Shown: positions 37,488 to 47,400, numbered from the stretch's first letter. The stretch is DNA of 64,000 nucleotides from Bacteroidales bacterium (GCA_035913795.1 JAMIIA010000061.1:231-64230); one strand, 5' to 3'. Notes: generated by a model from the letters alone, not told the origin. Made by a program: numbers and translations.

Positions 37488-38510
37488 ATGCAACAAACCA
37501 CGGTAACACCACTTTTATCGACCCATATGCTAAATGTGGGTTATAAGGCACGTAAAATCAGGCTCGAAGTTCTTAGTAATTTAAATCTGGTGATCAACCC
37601 GGGAGAGCTTATCAGCTTTATTGGCCCTAATGGATGCGGCAAATCGACACTTATTAAAAGCTTAATAGGCCTGATACCTTCTTTGCAAGGGGCTATTTTT
37701 TTCAAGGACGAAAACCTCGATAATATATCTTTTCTTCAAAGGGCTGAACGCATTGGTGTTGTTCTTACCGATCCGGTATACGAGCGTAACATGTCTGTGA
37801 ATGAGCTGGTTTCCATGGGTCGTTATCCGCATACCAACTGGTTGGGTCAACTTACTCCAGCAGACATGATTGTTGTGCACGATTCAATTCAAAAAGTAGG
37901 TTTATTGCATAAAGCTGGGTCGAGGTTAGGTGAGCTGAGCGATGGGGAACGCCAACGAGCCATGATTTCGAGGGTGCTGGCGCAGGATGTGGACATGATA
38001 ATTCTTGATGAACCAACTGCCCACCTCGATCTGTCGAACCGCATGGAGGTGCTGCTTCTGCTCAAAAAGCTGGCTCACGAAATGGGGAAAGGAGTCTTAC
38101 TATCTACTCACGAACTTGGACTTGCCTTGCAGGTGTCCGATAAGATATGGATGGTTGGCCCTGACCAGCAGCTGATGAGCGATATACCCGAAGCGTTTAT
38201 AATTAATGGCACCCTCGACAAGGTCTTTGGCAACGAGAAGATTAGCTTTCAGCCTTGGTCAGCCTCTTTTGAAATTACCACAGACAAGGAAAAAAGAATA
38301 GTTGTTATCGGAATGGGATTACTTCAGGCCTGTGTGGTGAGGCTCCTCAAGCGTCATGGTTATACAGTACTTTACGACAAAACAGGGATAGATCCGGTGG
38401 TAGAGGTAAACGAGACCAGTCAGGAAATAATTGCAATTATGCCCCAGCCACGAACTTTTAATACCCTTCATGCGTTTCAGGAGTATCTTATTCATCAAAG
38501 TCCTGCTTAG
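37488..38510 (+). CDS. ABC transporter ATP-binding protein (FepC/BtuD-like) with extra C-terminal domain
   Basis: 340-aa ORF. Walker A GPNGCGKST, signature LSDGERQR, Walker B IILDEPTAHLD, H-loop STHEL. About 90 residues follow the ABC core. Confidence 0.9.
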   Translation: MQQTTVTPLLSTHMLNVGYKARKIRLEVLSNLNLVINPGELISFIGPNGCGKSTLIKSLIGLIPSLQGAIFFKDENLDNISFLQRAERIGVVLTDPVYERNMSVNELVSMGRYPHTNWLGQLTPADMIVVHDSIQKVGLLHKAGSRLGELSDGERQRAMISRVLAQDVDMIILDEPTAHLDLSNRMEVLLLLKKLAHEMGKGVLLSTHELGLALQVSDKIWMVGPDQQLMSDIPEAFIINGTLDKVFGNEKISFQPWSASFEITTDKEKRIVVIGMGLLQACVVRLLKRHGYTVLYDKTGIDPVVEVNETSQEIIAIMPQPRTFNTLHAFQEYLIHQSPA

Positions 38511-38533
38511 GACAATTCACTATTTAATTTTAC

Positions 38534-39247
38534 ATGACCACAAACAAGGGATTCAATTTAAATAATTTTTATTCCTCTATCTTCAGGCAATACGACCTGA
38601 TGAACAAGCTTTTCACTTTTGGTCTCGATCGGAAATGGCGGAACAGAGCTGTCAGTAAATGCCTTGATGCCAATCCGGAAAGTATTCTCGATTTGTGCAC
38701 CGGCACTGGTGACCTTGCCATCTCTCTTGCCCATAAATCGAAAAGGGCTCTGACCATTAAGGCTTACGACATGAATCAGGACATGTTGGGTCGGGCAAAA
38801 CAAAAAGCCTCTGACATAAAAGAGTCAAAGCTTGTATTTATTCAGGGTAAAGCTTCTGAATTACCCTTTCAAACCGATTTTTTCGATTGCATTGTCATTG
38901 GTTTTGGTTTTCGTAATCTCACTTTTAATAACCCCGAAGAGCAAAAGCATGTGGCAGAGATAAAACGAGTACTTAAACCCGGTGGGCAATTGCTCATACT
39001 CGAAAGCTCCGTTCCGCAAAATACTATTGTTCGGTTTTTTTATCTGCTGCATTTATACTTGGTGGTAATTCCCCTGGGCGGAATTTTAACCGGTAATTTT
39101 AAAGCCTATTGGTACCTGGCTCATTCAGCCTCGAAATATTATACCATTCCACAATTGGAACAACTTTTTGCCCGAAACGGTTTCAGCGATTTTTGGGTAC
39201 AACGCTTTCTTTTTGGCTCTGCTTGTTTAATTCGGGTGAGAAAATAG
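38534..39247 (+). CDS. ubiE: Demethylmenaquinone methyltransferase (UbiE/MenG)
   Basis: 237-aa ORF. UbiE-specific N-terminus (YDLMNKLFTFGLDRKWR), SAM-binding LDLCTGTGD, and LKPGGQLLILE. Confidence 0.9.
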   Translation: MTTNKGFNLNNFYSSIFRQYDLMNKLFTFGLDRKWRNRAVSKCLDANPESILDLCTGTGDLAISLAHKSKRALTIKAYDMNQDMLGRAKQKASDIKESKLVFIQGKASELPFQTDFFDCIVIGFGFRNLTFNNPEEQKHVAEIKRVLKPGGQLLILESSVPQNTIVRFFYLLHLYLVVIPLGGILTGNFKAYWYLAHSASKYYTIPQLEQLFARNGFSDFWVQRFLFGSACLIRVRK

Positions 39248-39313
39248 CCTCGCTGACAGATGTTAGCTGGCTCCGGAAAACAATTTTATATATTTGAAGA
39301 AATTTCTACGAAA

Positions 39314-39718
39314 ATGACCATCGCACAGATTAATGATTTCTGCAAAGACACCTTTATTGGTCACCTTGAAATCGAGTTTATTGAGTATGAAGATGATTAT
39401 GTGAAAGCTCTTATGCCAGTAAATCAGAAGAAACATCAACCAACTGGTATTTTGCATGGTGGTGCTTCTTTGGCTCTTGCCGAAACAGTGGCAGGTGCAG
39501 GTTCAGTTCTGATGGTCGACGAGAGTCGTTACGATGTGCTGGGTCTTCAGGTAAGTGGCAACCATGTAGGTACTGTTAGCAGTGGCAATATCTATGCTAC
39601 AGCTACTATTATTCACAAAGGGCAATCGACCCATGTCTGGGATGTAAAAATAACCGATGAGAGCGATAAACTTATTTCCACTATTCGGGTTACTAACATC
39701 ATACGCGAAAAAACATAG
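39314..39718 (+). CDS. Hotdog-fold PaaI/YdiI-type thioesterase (likely 1,4-dihydroxy-2-naphthoyl-CoA hydrolase)
   Basis: ORF open from 39260; MTIAQIN at 39314 is the likelier start. PaaI/YdiI motif GILHGGASLALAETVAGAGS. Position inside the men operon supports the DHNA-CoA hydrolase role. Confidence 0.75.
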   Translation: MTIAQINDFCKDTFIGHLEIEFIEYEDDYVKALMPVNQKKHQPTGILHGGASLALAETVAGAGSVLMVDESRYDVLGLQVSGNHVGTVSSGNIYATATIIHKGQSTHVWDVKITDESDKLISTIRVTNIIREKT

Positions 39719-39727
39719 GGAGGAATT

Positions 39728-40861
39728 GTGTCAATCACTCAAACCGATACAATAAATGTTTATCAGGCTGCAACAATATGTCTTGAAAAAAACCTGGTGT
39801 TTGCGGCTTACAGGCTGCCCAATGCAAAACACACTGAAATTGTTGTTCAACGATCAGAAAAGATTAAGTTGGTGTCTGAAAGCGAGTCTTATTTAGACCT
39901 GAAAGGCTTTCTGGTAACTCCCTATTCAACCGCTTCAAATTGCCCTTCTTTTCTTATCGAATCGGATATTTACGGTCAGGAAACACTATCGGCTGCAGAT
40001 TATAAACTGTTAAACGGCTTTAAACCACAACCCATACAATCAGACAACAGTCATATTCCCGATTCGGTGAGCCACAGCGACTACCTCTTTCAAATCGATC
40101 AGATTCTAAAAAATATCGAAACAGGAAACTTCGAAAAAGTTGTGTTAAGCCGCGTTAAAAATGTGGATGGAAATTATGTTCCCTTGCTCGGAAACATTTT
40201 TGCCCGACTTATTGAATCCTATCCGAATGCTTTCGTTTATATCTTCAATGCCGGACCTCATTTATGGATAGGAGCTACACCAGAACCGCTTCTGAAAGCG
40301 AAAAACGGCACTATGTATACTGTTTCTCTGGCAGGTACTCGCCCGTTTAACGAACAAAACTTAAACATAGGAGCCTGGAACAGCAAAGAAAGGTTGGAAC
40401 AGGAATATGTAACCCGCTACATTTCCAAAGTGCTTTCGAAGTTTAACCTGGTAAATGTCGATCTTGAGGGGCCATATACCAAACAAGCAGGAAATCTGGT
40501 ACACTTGCGTACTGATTTTTCTTTTCGAAGCACCGAGGTAAAAGATTGCCTGGGTGAGTTTCTTAGAAATCTGCATCCAACTCCTGCCGTGTGTGGCATG
40601 CCTCGGAAAGAAAGTCTCGACCTAATCAGCAGCCTCGAAAAACACCAGCGCGAATACTATGCCGGGTTTTTAGGACCTTTAGGTTTAAACGACAGACTCT
40701 CTTTGTTTGTAAATTTGCGTTGCATGAAAGTGCTTGAGAACAATCTATCACTGTTTATTGGAGGAGGTATTACTGCCGATTCGGTGCCTGAAGACGAATG
40801 GATTGAAACAGAAATGAAAGCCGAAACCCTCTTGTCAGTCATACGCCAGATAAAAGAATGA
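39728..40861 (+). CDS. menF: Isochorismate synthase
   Basis: 377-aa ORF with a GTG start. Chorismate-binding motifs FEKVVLSR, GATPEPLL, LAGTRP, LHPTPAVCGMP, YYAGFLGP. Confidence 0.85.
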   Translation: MSITQTDTINVYQAATICLEKNLVFAAYRLPNAKHTEIVVQRSEKIKLVSESESYLDLKGFLVTPYSTASNCPSFLIESDIYGQETLSAADYKLLNGFKPQPIQSDNSHIPDSVSHSDYLFQIDQILKNIETGNFEKVVLSRVKNVDGNYVPLLGNIFARLIESYPNAFVYIFNAGPHLWIGATPEPLLKAKNGTMYTVSLAGTRPFNEQNLNIGAWNSKERLEQEYVTRYISKVLSKFNLVNVDLEGPYTKQAGNLVHLRTDFSFRSTEVKDCLGEFLRNLHPTPAVCGMPRKESLDLISSLEKHQREYYAGFLGPLGLNDRLSLFVNLRCMKVLENNLSLFIGGGITADSVPEDEWIETEMKAETLLSVIRQIKE

Positions 40862-42525
40862 ATTCCAAACACCATATAGCTGCCCTTCCTCTTATTCTCA
40901 AGAAACTAGGTGTAAAACAGGTGGTTATTTCTCCTGGTTCGCGCAATGCCCCGCTCATACAAGTATTTGTTAAACTCTTTGGAAACCAGTGTTACAGTAT
41001 AGTGGATGAGCGAAGCGCAGGGTATTTTGCTTTGGGTTTGGCAGTGTCGAACCAAACTCCTGTTGCAGTAATCACTACTTCGGGTACAGCTGTTCTTAAT
41101 CTGGCACCAGCAGTAGCAGAGGCCTTCCATCAGGGAGTGCCTTTAATTATTCTTTCTGCCGACCGCCCTCCTGAGTGGATCGACCAACAAGATAATCAGA
41201 CCATCAGGCAAAAGGATGTGTTTAGAAGTAACAGCAAAGCGTTTTTCGAATTGCCTGTAGAGTGTGTTAGCGAGCACGATGTCTGGCATTCAGAACGCAT
41301 CATACATGAGTGTTATTTTAGTTCGGTTAGAGGCAAAGCAGGACCAGTGCATGTGAATATACCCCTTCGGGAACCCCTCTATCAAACACTTCACGATATT
41401 CAGGAAACACGGCGCATTCAGTTTGAAAACGAACGGGATGTTAAACTTAGCAGCTTACTTCTCGAGGAGTGGAAAGGTTTCCGTCGTATTCTTATTGTTT
41501 GCGGTCAAATGCCTTCTGATGATACCCTGAAAAACTCACTTCGCAAACTTGAAGCTGACAAGCGTGTGGTTATTTTGGCCGAATCCATTGCCAATATTCG
41601 CGGCGATGAGGAGGTAATTCTTAACCCCGATTTACTTTTTCAGTGTTTTACCGCACAGCTTTTACTAATCAAGCCCGACCTTGTGGTATACTTTGGCGGA
41701 CAGGTTGTTTCGAAACGCACAAAGCACTTTTTACGATCATTGCAAACAGCTAAATTCTGGTGGGTTTCTCCTGATGGTATGTTGGTAGACACATTTAAAA
41801 ATCTGACACGACACATAGAATGTCCACCAGCGAGTTTTTTTAAATTTCTTAGTGAGCTGCCTGTTGAGTCACAATTAGAATATAGCCGTGAATGGAAAAA
41901 ACTGCATGATAAGCAAATCGCTTTGGTCCGCACACTCAGTTCAGAATCAGAGTATTCCGATCTGGGAGTTTTTAATGCCCTAACGAATAAATTCCAGGCG
42001 CAAGATGTTATTTTTGCCGGAAACAGTAGCGTGATAAGGTACCTACAATTTTTTCAGTTTAAATCCAGCGCGGTATTTGCCAACAGAGGTACTTCGGGTA
42101 TCGATGGATGCCTCTCCACAGCTGCAGGAGTGGCCATCAATACTAAGAATAAAGTGATAACCATTTTGGGCGATCTGAGTTTTGTTTACGATTCAAATGC
42201 ATTATGGAACAGGCGATTACCTTCTAATCTTAAAATAGTTGTAATCAACAACAAAGGTGGTGGCATATTTAGCCTGCTCGATGGTCCTGCGGATCAAGAT
42301 GGTTTTTTAGAATATATTCAAACTAATCACCCAGTATCCATCGAAAAACTTGCAGCAGCTTATCACATTACCTATTTTCGCAGTATCGATTTTGCTGGCT
42401 TGCATGAGCAATATAGTGCGTTGGTTGCGGCTAAAGGTCCGGCAATATTAGAAGTATTTACCGATCCGGATCGTAACAATGAAGAATACCGTGTATTTAT
42501 GAAAAAACTGATCGATTATGAGTAA
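40858..42525 (+). CDS. menD: 2-succinyl-5-enolpyruvyl-6-hydroxy-3-cyclohexene-1-carboxylate synthase
   Basis: 555-aa ORF. ThDP-enzyme pattern ([30 protein letters not shown]). PP-binding [28 protein letters not shown] overlap with menF. Confidence 0.9.
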   Translation: MNSKHHIAALPLILKKLGVKQVVISPGSRNAPLIQVFVKLFGNQCYSIVDERSAGYFALGLAVSNQTPVAVITTSGTAVLNLAPAVAEAFHQGVPLIILSADRPPEWIDQQDNQTIRQKDVFRSNSKAFFELPVECVSEHDVWHSERIIHECYFSSVRGKAGPVHVNIPLREPLYQTLHDIQETRRIQFENERDVKLSSLLLEEWKGFRRILIVCGQMPSDDTLKNSLRKLEADKRVVILAESIANIRGDEEVILNPDLLFQCFTAQLLLIKPDLVVYFGGQVVSKRTKHFLRSLQTAKFWWVSPDGMLVDTFKNLTRHIECPPASFFKFLSELPVESQLEYSREWKKLHDKQIALVRTLSSESEYSDLGVFNALTNKFQAQDVIFAGNSSVIRYLQFFQFKSSAVFANRGTSGIDGCLSTAAGVAINTKNKVITILGDLSFVYDSNALWNRRLPSNLKIVVINNKGGGIFSLLDGPADQDGFLEYIQTNHPVSIEKLAAAYHITYFRSIDFAGLHEQYSALVAAKGPAILEVFTDPDRNNEEYRVFMKKLIDYE

Positions 42526-43342
42526 CAAAAGGGTTTGGAAAACGCTTAAAGAGTACGAAGAAATTAAGTTTGAATACTTTGAAGGTATAGGCAAAATTAC
42601 CATTAATCGTCCACATCGTCATAATGCCTTTACACCCGATACTACCCGCGAAATGTGCGATGCAATGGTCTTTTGTCGCGAAAACCCTGATATAAACGTA
42701 GTGGTGCTAACCGGCGAGGGCGATAAAGCATTTTGCAGCGGTGGCGATCAGAATGTAAAGAGCCATGCAGGCTACATTGGCAAAGATGGAGTGCCGCGCC
42801 TGAACATTCTGGATATGCAAAAACTCATTCGTTCCATACCCAAACCCGTGGTTGCAATGGTTAATGGATATGCCATTGGCGGGGGTCATGTATTGCATGT
42901 GGTATGTGATCTGAGCATTGCCTCCGACAAAGCCATTTTTGGTCAAACAGGTCCTAAGGTCGGAAGTTTCGATGCCGGCTTTGGTTCATCTTATCTGGCC
43001 CGTATTGTTGGACAGAAAAAGGCACGCGAAATATGGTTTCTTTGCGAACAGTACACAGCCTCCGAGGCGCTTGAGATGGGTTTAGTGAACAAGGTTGTTC
43101 CCCATCACGAGCTTGAAAATGTTACTGTGCAATGGTGTCAGAAAATGATGGAGCACAGTCCGCTGGCATTGCGTATGATTAAGGCAGGACTTAATGCCGA
43201 ACTCGATGGGCAGGCTGGTATACAGGAACTGGCAGGCAATGCCACCATGCTTTATTATATGACAGAAGAAGCCCAGGAAGGAAAAAGAGCTTTTCTCGAA
43301 AAAAGGAGACCTGATTATAAAAAATTCCCCAAATTACCCTGA
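42518..43342 (+). CDS. menB: 1,4-dihydroxy-2-naphthoyl-CoA synthase
   Basis: 274-aa ORF. Crotonase-fold MenB motifs ([54 protein letters not shown]). Confidence 0.95.
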   Translation: MSNKRVWKTLKEYEEIKFEYFEGIGKITINRPHRHNAFTPDTTREMCDAMVFCRENPDINVVVLTGEGDKAFCSGGDQNVKSHAGYIGKDGVPRLNILDMQKLIRSIPKPVVAMVNGYAIGGGHVLHVVCDLSIASDKAIFGQTGPKVGSFDAGFGSSYLARIVGQKKAREIWFLCEQYTASEALEMGLVNKVVPHHELENVTVQWCQKMMEHSPLALRMIKAGLNAELDGQAGIQELAGNATMLYYMTEEAQEGKRAFLEKRRPDYKKFPKLP

Positions 43343-43348
43343 TATATT

Positions 43349-44254
43349 TTGAAAGAATCCTTATCAATATGGCTTAAAGCCTTCAGGTTACGCACTTTGC
43401 CCCTGGCTTTCTCCAGTACCTTTTTGGGAAGTTTTTTGGCCTATGCAAACGGTCGGTTTTATTGGACCGTATTTGCATTTGCCACATTAACAACACTTAG
43501 TTTGCAAATTTTATCGAACCTGGCCAATGACTATGGCGATGCAAAAAAAGGTACCGACAATTCAAAACGACTTGGCCCACTTAGGGTTACTCAGGCAGGT
43601 TTGGTAACACCCGGAGCGATGCTTCGGATGATAATAGTTTTTATTTTACTTTCCCTGGTGTCAGGTTCGCTTTTAATTTTTTTCGGTTTAAGAGATTTGC
43701 CCGCTTATTTAAGTGTGCTCTTCTTTTTATTAGGAATTACAGCGATTTTTGCCGCTGTGAAATACACGGTAGGCCGAAACCCATATGGATACATCGGACT
43801 TGGCGATGTGTTTGTATATGTGTATTTTGGGTTAATAGGTGTATGCGGAACGTTTTATCTTCATACAGGTTCTCTCGATCCATGGGTGTTATTGCCCGCA
43901 TCAACCATTGGGTTGTTTAGTGCAGGCGTATTAAATCTGAACAATATACGCGATGCAGAAAATGATGCTAGTTGTGGTAAAAATACACTTGTTGTGCGCA
44001 TTGGTGTGAAAGCTGCCAAAAAGTACCACATGGTGTTGGTGGTTTTTGCAGTATTACTCAGCATGGTGTATACGCTAATATTCTTCAAGTCGCCCATTCA
44101 GCTTATTTTTCTGGTTACCCTTCCTTTTCTGGTTCGCGATGTGTTAATTGTACTGCGCACCACCATTCCGGGCGAACTGAATAAGGAATTGAAAAAATTG
44201 GCCATCACTACTTTTGTATTTTCAACTACATTTGGATTGGGTCTGGTATTATAA
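43349..44254 (+). CDS. menA: 1,4-dihydroxy-2-naphthoate polyprenyltransferase
   Basis: 301-aa ORF with a TTG start, about 8-9 TM helices. UbiA-family Asp-rich motifs (NLANDYGDAKKGTD, NNIRDAENDASCGKNT). Confidence 0.9.
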   Translation: MKESLSIWLKAFRLRTLPLAFSSTFLGSFLAYANGRFYWTVFAFATLTTLSLQILSNLANDYGDAKKGTDNSKRLGPLRVTQAGLVTPGAMLRMIIVFILLSLVSGSLLIFFGLRDLPAYLSVLFFLLGITAIFAAVKYTVGRNPYGYIGLGDVFVYVYFGLIGVCGTFYLHTGSLDPWVLLPASTIGLFSAGVLNLNNIRDAENDASCGKNTLVVRIGVKAAKKYHMVLVVFAVLLSMVYTLIFFKSPIQLIFLVTLPFLVRDVLIVLRTTIPGELNKELKKLAITTFVFSTTFGLGLVL

Positions 44255-45301
44255 ATGAAAGCATCTTTCTGTAAACGCATTCTTCAATTTAATCAGGCTG
44301 TTGGAACCTCTCGAGGGTATCTGCTAGATAAGCCATCGTGGTACATCCTGCTCGACAACCCGGAGCAAAACTTTAGGGCAATTGGCGAAGTATCGGTAAT
44401 TCCCGGATTAAGTATCGATAACTTGCAAACCATCGAAGATCAGTTGCATCAAATTTGTAATGCCATCAATCGGAGTGTTTTCGAGTGGAGCCTGGTGTCG
44501 GATTCTTTTCCTTCGATACGCTTTGGTCTTGAAACCGCTCTTCTCGATTTTCAGAACCGCGGATCCAAAATATTGTTTCCTACCTCCTTCACAAAAGGAG
44601 AAGAAGGTATTCACACCAACGGGCTCATCTGGATAGGGCCAAATAATTTTATTTTAAAGCAGGTCGAAGAAAAGCTATCCATGGGGTTTCGATGCTTAAA
44701 ATTTAAAATTGGTGCAGACAATACCGACAATGAACTCTCTTTGATTCAGGATTTACGAAAGCGATATTCTGCTCAGGACCTCGAAATCAGGGTAGATGCC
44801 AATGGCGCATTTACTTACGAGAAAGCGCTTCTGGTGCTCGATAGGCTTGCCAAACTAGAGGTTCATTCCATTGAGCAACCTATTCAAGTAGGTCAACATG
44901 CACAAATGGCAGCACTTTGCAGCAGGACTGCCATAGCTGTAGCTTTAGATGAAGAACTAATCGGCCATCACAATTACTCAGAGAAACAACAATTACTGAA
45001 CCTGATAAAACCTCATTATCTGATTTTAAAACCCTCTCTGCTAGGTGGCTTTGAGCATTGCGAGCAATGGGTTCAGTTGGCTTCTCTGCATCAGATTGGA
45101 TGGTGGGCCACTTCGGCACTCGAATCAAACATTGGTTTAAACGCCATTGCTCAATGGCTTGCCCAGCATTCGCCTAAATTGCACCAGGGGCTTGGGCTAG
45201 GTAATTTGTACAAGCATAATATAGCTTGTCCTTTAACTCTTCGTGGTGAAAAACTTTTTTACGATCCCTCACTCAAATGGAGCTACGAATTTGTATATTA
45301 G
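44255..45301 (+). CDS. menC: o-Succinylbenzoate synthase (enolase superfamily)
   Basis: 348-aa ORF. Enolase-superfamily barrel residues (KFKIG, IRVDANGAF, SIEQP, ALDEEL, ILKPSLLGG). Starts immediately after the menA stop. Confidence 0.85.
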   Translation: MKASFCKRILQFNQAVGTSRGYLLDKPSWYILLDNPEQNFRAIGEVSVIPGLSIDNLQTIEDQLHQICNAINRSVFEWSLVSDSFPSIRFGLETALLDFQNRGSKILFPTSFTKGEEGIHTNGLIWIGPNNFILKQVEEKLSMGFRCLKFKIGADNTDNELSLIQDLRKRYSAQDLEIRVDANGAFTYEKALLVLDRLAKLEVHSIEQPIQVGQHAQMAALCSRTAIAVALDEELIGHHNYSEKQQLLNLIKPHYLILKPSLLGGFEHCEQWVQLASLHQIGWWATSALESNIGLNAIAQWLAQHSPKLHQGLGLGNLYKHNIACPLTLRGEKLFYDPSLKWSYEFVY

Positions 45302-45307
45302 CAGTCT

Positions 45308-46381
45308 ATGGATATGCAATTTCCGGGAATAATACTCAACGATAAACTTTTCTCCACGGAGGATTTGGTGCCTCATTGTAAGAAAATGCTCCGCAGGGTG
45401 AAATTACCCGCGTGGGAAGAAAAGATATACAGCTTTCTACTTGAGTTTCTCGATGAGAAAGATTACATCGAGCAATTGAGTTCCGGTACCACTGGACCGC
45501 CAAAAATCATTCGCCTTTCCAAGAAATCAATGATTGAGTCGGCCAGAAATACGGTGACTCAATTAAAACTTAAATGGACAGACAAGGCGCTACTTTGTCT
45601 TCCGGTCGAATACATTGCCGGCAAAATGATGATTGTGCGGGCTTTCGTAGCTGGACTTAATCTATTTTGGGAAGAACCCTCCTCAATGCCATCGCTGTCG
45701 AAATATGGCACCATCGATTTTTGTGCAATGGTGCCCCTTCAGGTTTACAATTCATTTAGTAATTATGAGTTCCTTAAAAACGTGCGAAACCTCATAATCG
45801 GTGGAGCAGAGCTACGTTCCGAAGTAATGGCCATGTTCAGCGATGTGCCTAACAAAACCTACGAAACATACGGCATGGCCGAAACCTGCTCGAGCATTGC
45901 AATGCGCCGTATCAACGGAGAAAAACCCGACAAGTATTTCAAATCTATGCCGGGAGTTAAATTACGTGTCGATGAACGGGGTTGTTTGGTGATCAGCGCG
46001 AATTACCTCGATGCTGAAGTGGTTACAAACGATGTGGTAGAACTTATTGACGCGCATCAGTTTATTTGGAAAGGACGCATCGATAACCTCATTAATACCG
46101 GGGGAATTAAAGTAAAACCCGAAGAGCTCGAAGCATCTATATCAAAAATACTTGATCTGGAATGCGCAGTAGTAGGTGTTTCTGACGAAAAACTGGGCCA
46201 ACGTATTGTGTTGATCGCTGAAACTGAAAAACAACTTGATCTTTCCGAAGTAATGAAAGCCTTAAAGCACAACCTCCAATCGCATCTTGTTCCTCGCGAA
46301 GTTATTTTTGTACAAGAGCTTCCACGCACCAGTTCCTTTAAAATCGACCGCAGTCAATTGTCGAATCTTATTACACAATAA
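45308..46381 (+). CDS. menE: o-Succinylbenzoate--CoA ligase (short ANL form)
   Basis: 357-aa ORF. AMP-binding loop SSGTTGPPK at residues 58-66, YGMAET, GRIDNLINTGGIKV. Operon context with menC and menB. Confidence 0.8.
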   Translation: MDMQFPGIILNDKLFSTEDLVPHCKKMLRRVKLPAWEEKIYSFLLEFLDEKDYIEQLSSGTTGPPKIIRLSKKSMIESARNTVTQLKLKWTDKALLCLPVEYIAGKMMIVRAFVAGLNLFWEEPSSMPSLSKYGTIDFCAMVPLQVYNSFSNYEFLKNVRNLIIGGAELRSEVMAMFSDVPNKTYETYGMAETCSSIAMRRINGEKPDKYFKSMPGVKLRVDERGCLVISANYLDAEVVTNDVVELIDAHQFIWKGRIDNLINTGGIKVKPEELEASISKILDLECAVVGVSDEKLGQRIVLIAETEKQLDLSEVMKALKHNLQSHLVPREVIFVQELPRTSSFKIDRSQLSNLITQ

Positions 46382-46431
46382 GCACTAACCACACAATTAT
46401 TTTCAATTTAGACGAAAGTTTATCCTGGCAC

Positions 46432-46683
46432 CTATCGGTCAGGCTCGTTTTCTTTGGTCGAAATAGTTTCAGCTTGTACATCTTTTATTTTAATACTATC
46501 GCTTAACAGGTATCCAAATATACCGCCTATAAGCATGCTTGAATGCCAGTTAGAGGTAAGCGGGCAAGTGCCCGAAGTGCAACCAATAAAATGCCAATAA
46601 GCATAGCCTGCAGCCATGCCAAGGATAATACCGCCAGCAATAATATAAAGCTTCTTTTTGTTGATTTTTTTATACATAAACAT
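46432..46683 (-). CDS. Small two-TM membrane protein with C-x4-C motif
   Basis: 83-aa ORF. Its ATG directly abuts the thioredoxin TAA. Two hydrophobic helices flank GCTSGTCP. Confidence 0.6.
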   Translation of the reverse strand: MFMYKKINKKKLYIIAGGIILGMAAGYAYWHFIGCTSGTCPLTSNWHSSMLIGGIFGYLLSDSIKIKDVQAETISTKENEPDR

Positions 46684-47043
46684 TTAGCTTATTTTTAAAA
46701 CATCGCTTATGGCCTTTTTAAAAGTGTCTTTCGGAAGTGCACCCATGGCCATTTGTGGCTGACCTTCTGCAGGAACGAACAAAAGACTAGGGATACTTTG
46801 TATGCCAAACATGCCTGCCAGCTCTTGCTCATTTTCAGTATTTATTTTATAGATGTCCAGCTTGTCGCCATATTCAGCTTTAAGCTCTTCGAGTATAGGC
46901 GCTACCATGCGACATGGCGCACACCAGTCGGCATAAAAATCGATAATTGCCGGTTTTTTTCCTTCGAATTTCCAATCGGAGTTTTGTTCGTAATTAAACA
47001 CCTTTTCTTTAAACGATTGCTGATTTAAATTTTCGATAGCCAT
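46684..47043 (-). CDS. Thioredoxin
   Basis: 119-aa ORF. Active site DFYADWCAPCRM (WCxPC) and cis-Pro context IQSIPSLLF. Confidence 0.9.
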   Translation of the reverse strand: MAIENLNQQSFKEKVFNYEQNSDWKFEGKKPAIIDFYADWCAPCRMVAPILEELKAEYGDKLDIYKINTENEQELAGMFGIQSIPSLLFVPAEGQPQMAMGALPKDTFKKAISDVLKIS

Positions 47044-47187
47044 TGTATTAAATTTATAAGTTTAGCGAATATTATCAAATACAATGCCAAACATGCAAAA
47101 ATCTAAATATGTAAATATAAAAGTTTAAATAAGCGTATTCGAAAATTTAAGTTTCTAAATGCCTGATAAAAGTTTTACTTTTGATGC

Positions 47188-47397
47188 ATGGAGCATACAT
47201 TTAAACTTACTGGCGAATATATCGAGTTATACAAGCTGCTAAAAATAGTAAACCTTACCTCCACCGGTGGGCATGGCAAATTATTAATAGAAGATGGCCT
47301 TGTTAAGCGAAACGGCGAAGTGGAAATACGTAAGCGGGCTAAGATAAGGGCTGGCGATGTAATTGAATTAGAAAATACTTTGATTCGGGTGAGCTAG
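47188..47397 (+). CDS. S4 domain RNA-binding protein (YbcJ-like)
   Basis: 69-aa ORF. Small S4-fold pattern (IELYKLLK.., GG.GK.LI..G.V..NGEVE.RKR.KI..GD.IE). Confidence 0.75.
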   Translation: MEHTFKLTGEYIELYKLLKIVNLTSTGGHGKLLIEDGLVKRNGEVEIRKRAKIRAGDVIELENTLIRVS

Positions 47398-47400
47398 CTG

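Noticed and set aside
47074-47089. A sigma-54-like element on the minus strand upstream of the thioredoxin gene (TGGCAT-tgtat-TTGAT, correct spacing, ending 31 nt before the ATG).
   Set aside because: The nearly invariant -12 GC is GA here, and there is no functional reason to expect sigma-54 control of a thioredoxin. I keep it only as a note.
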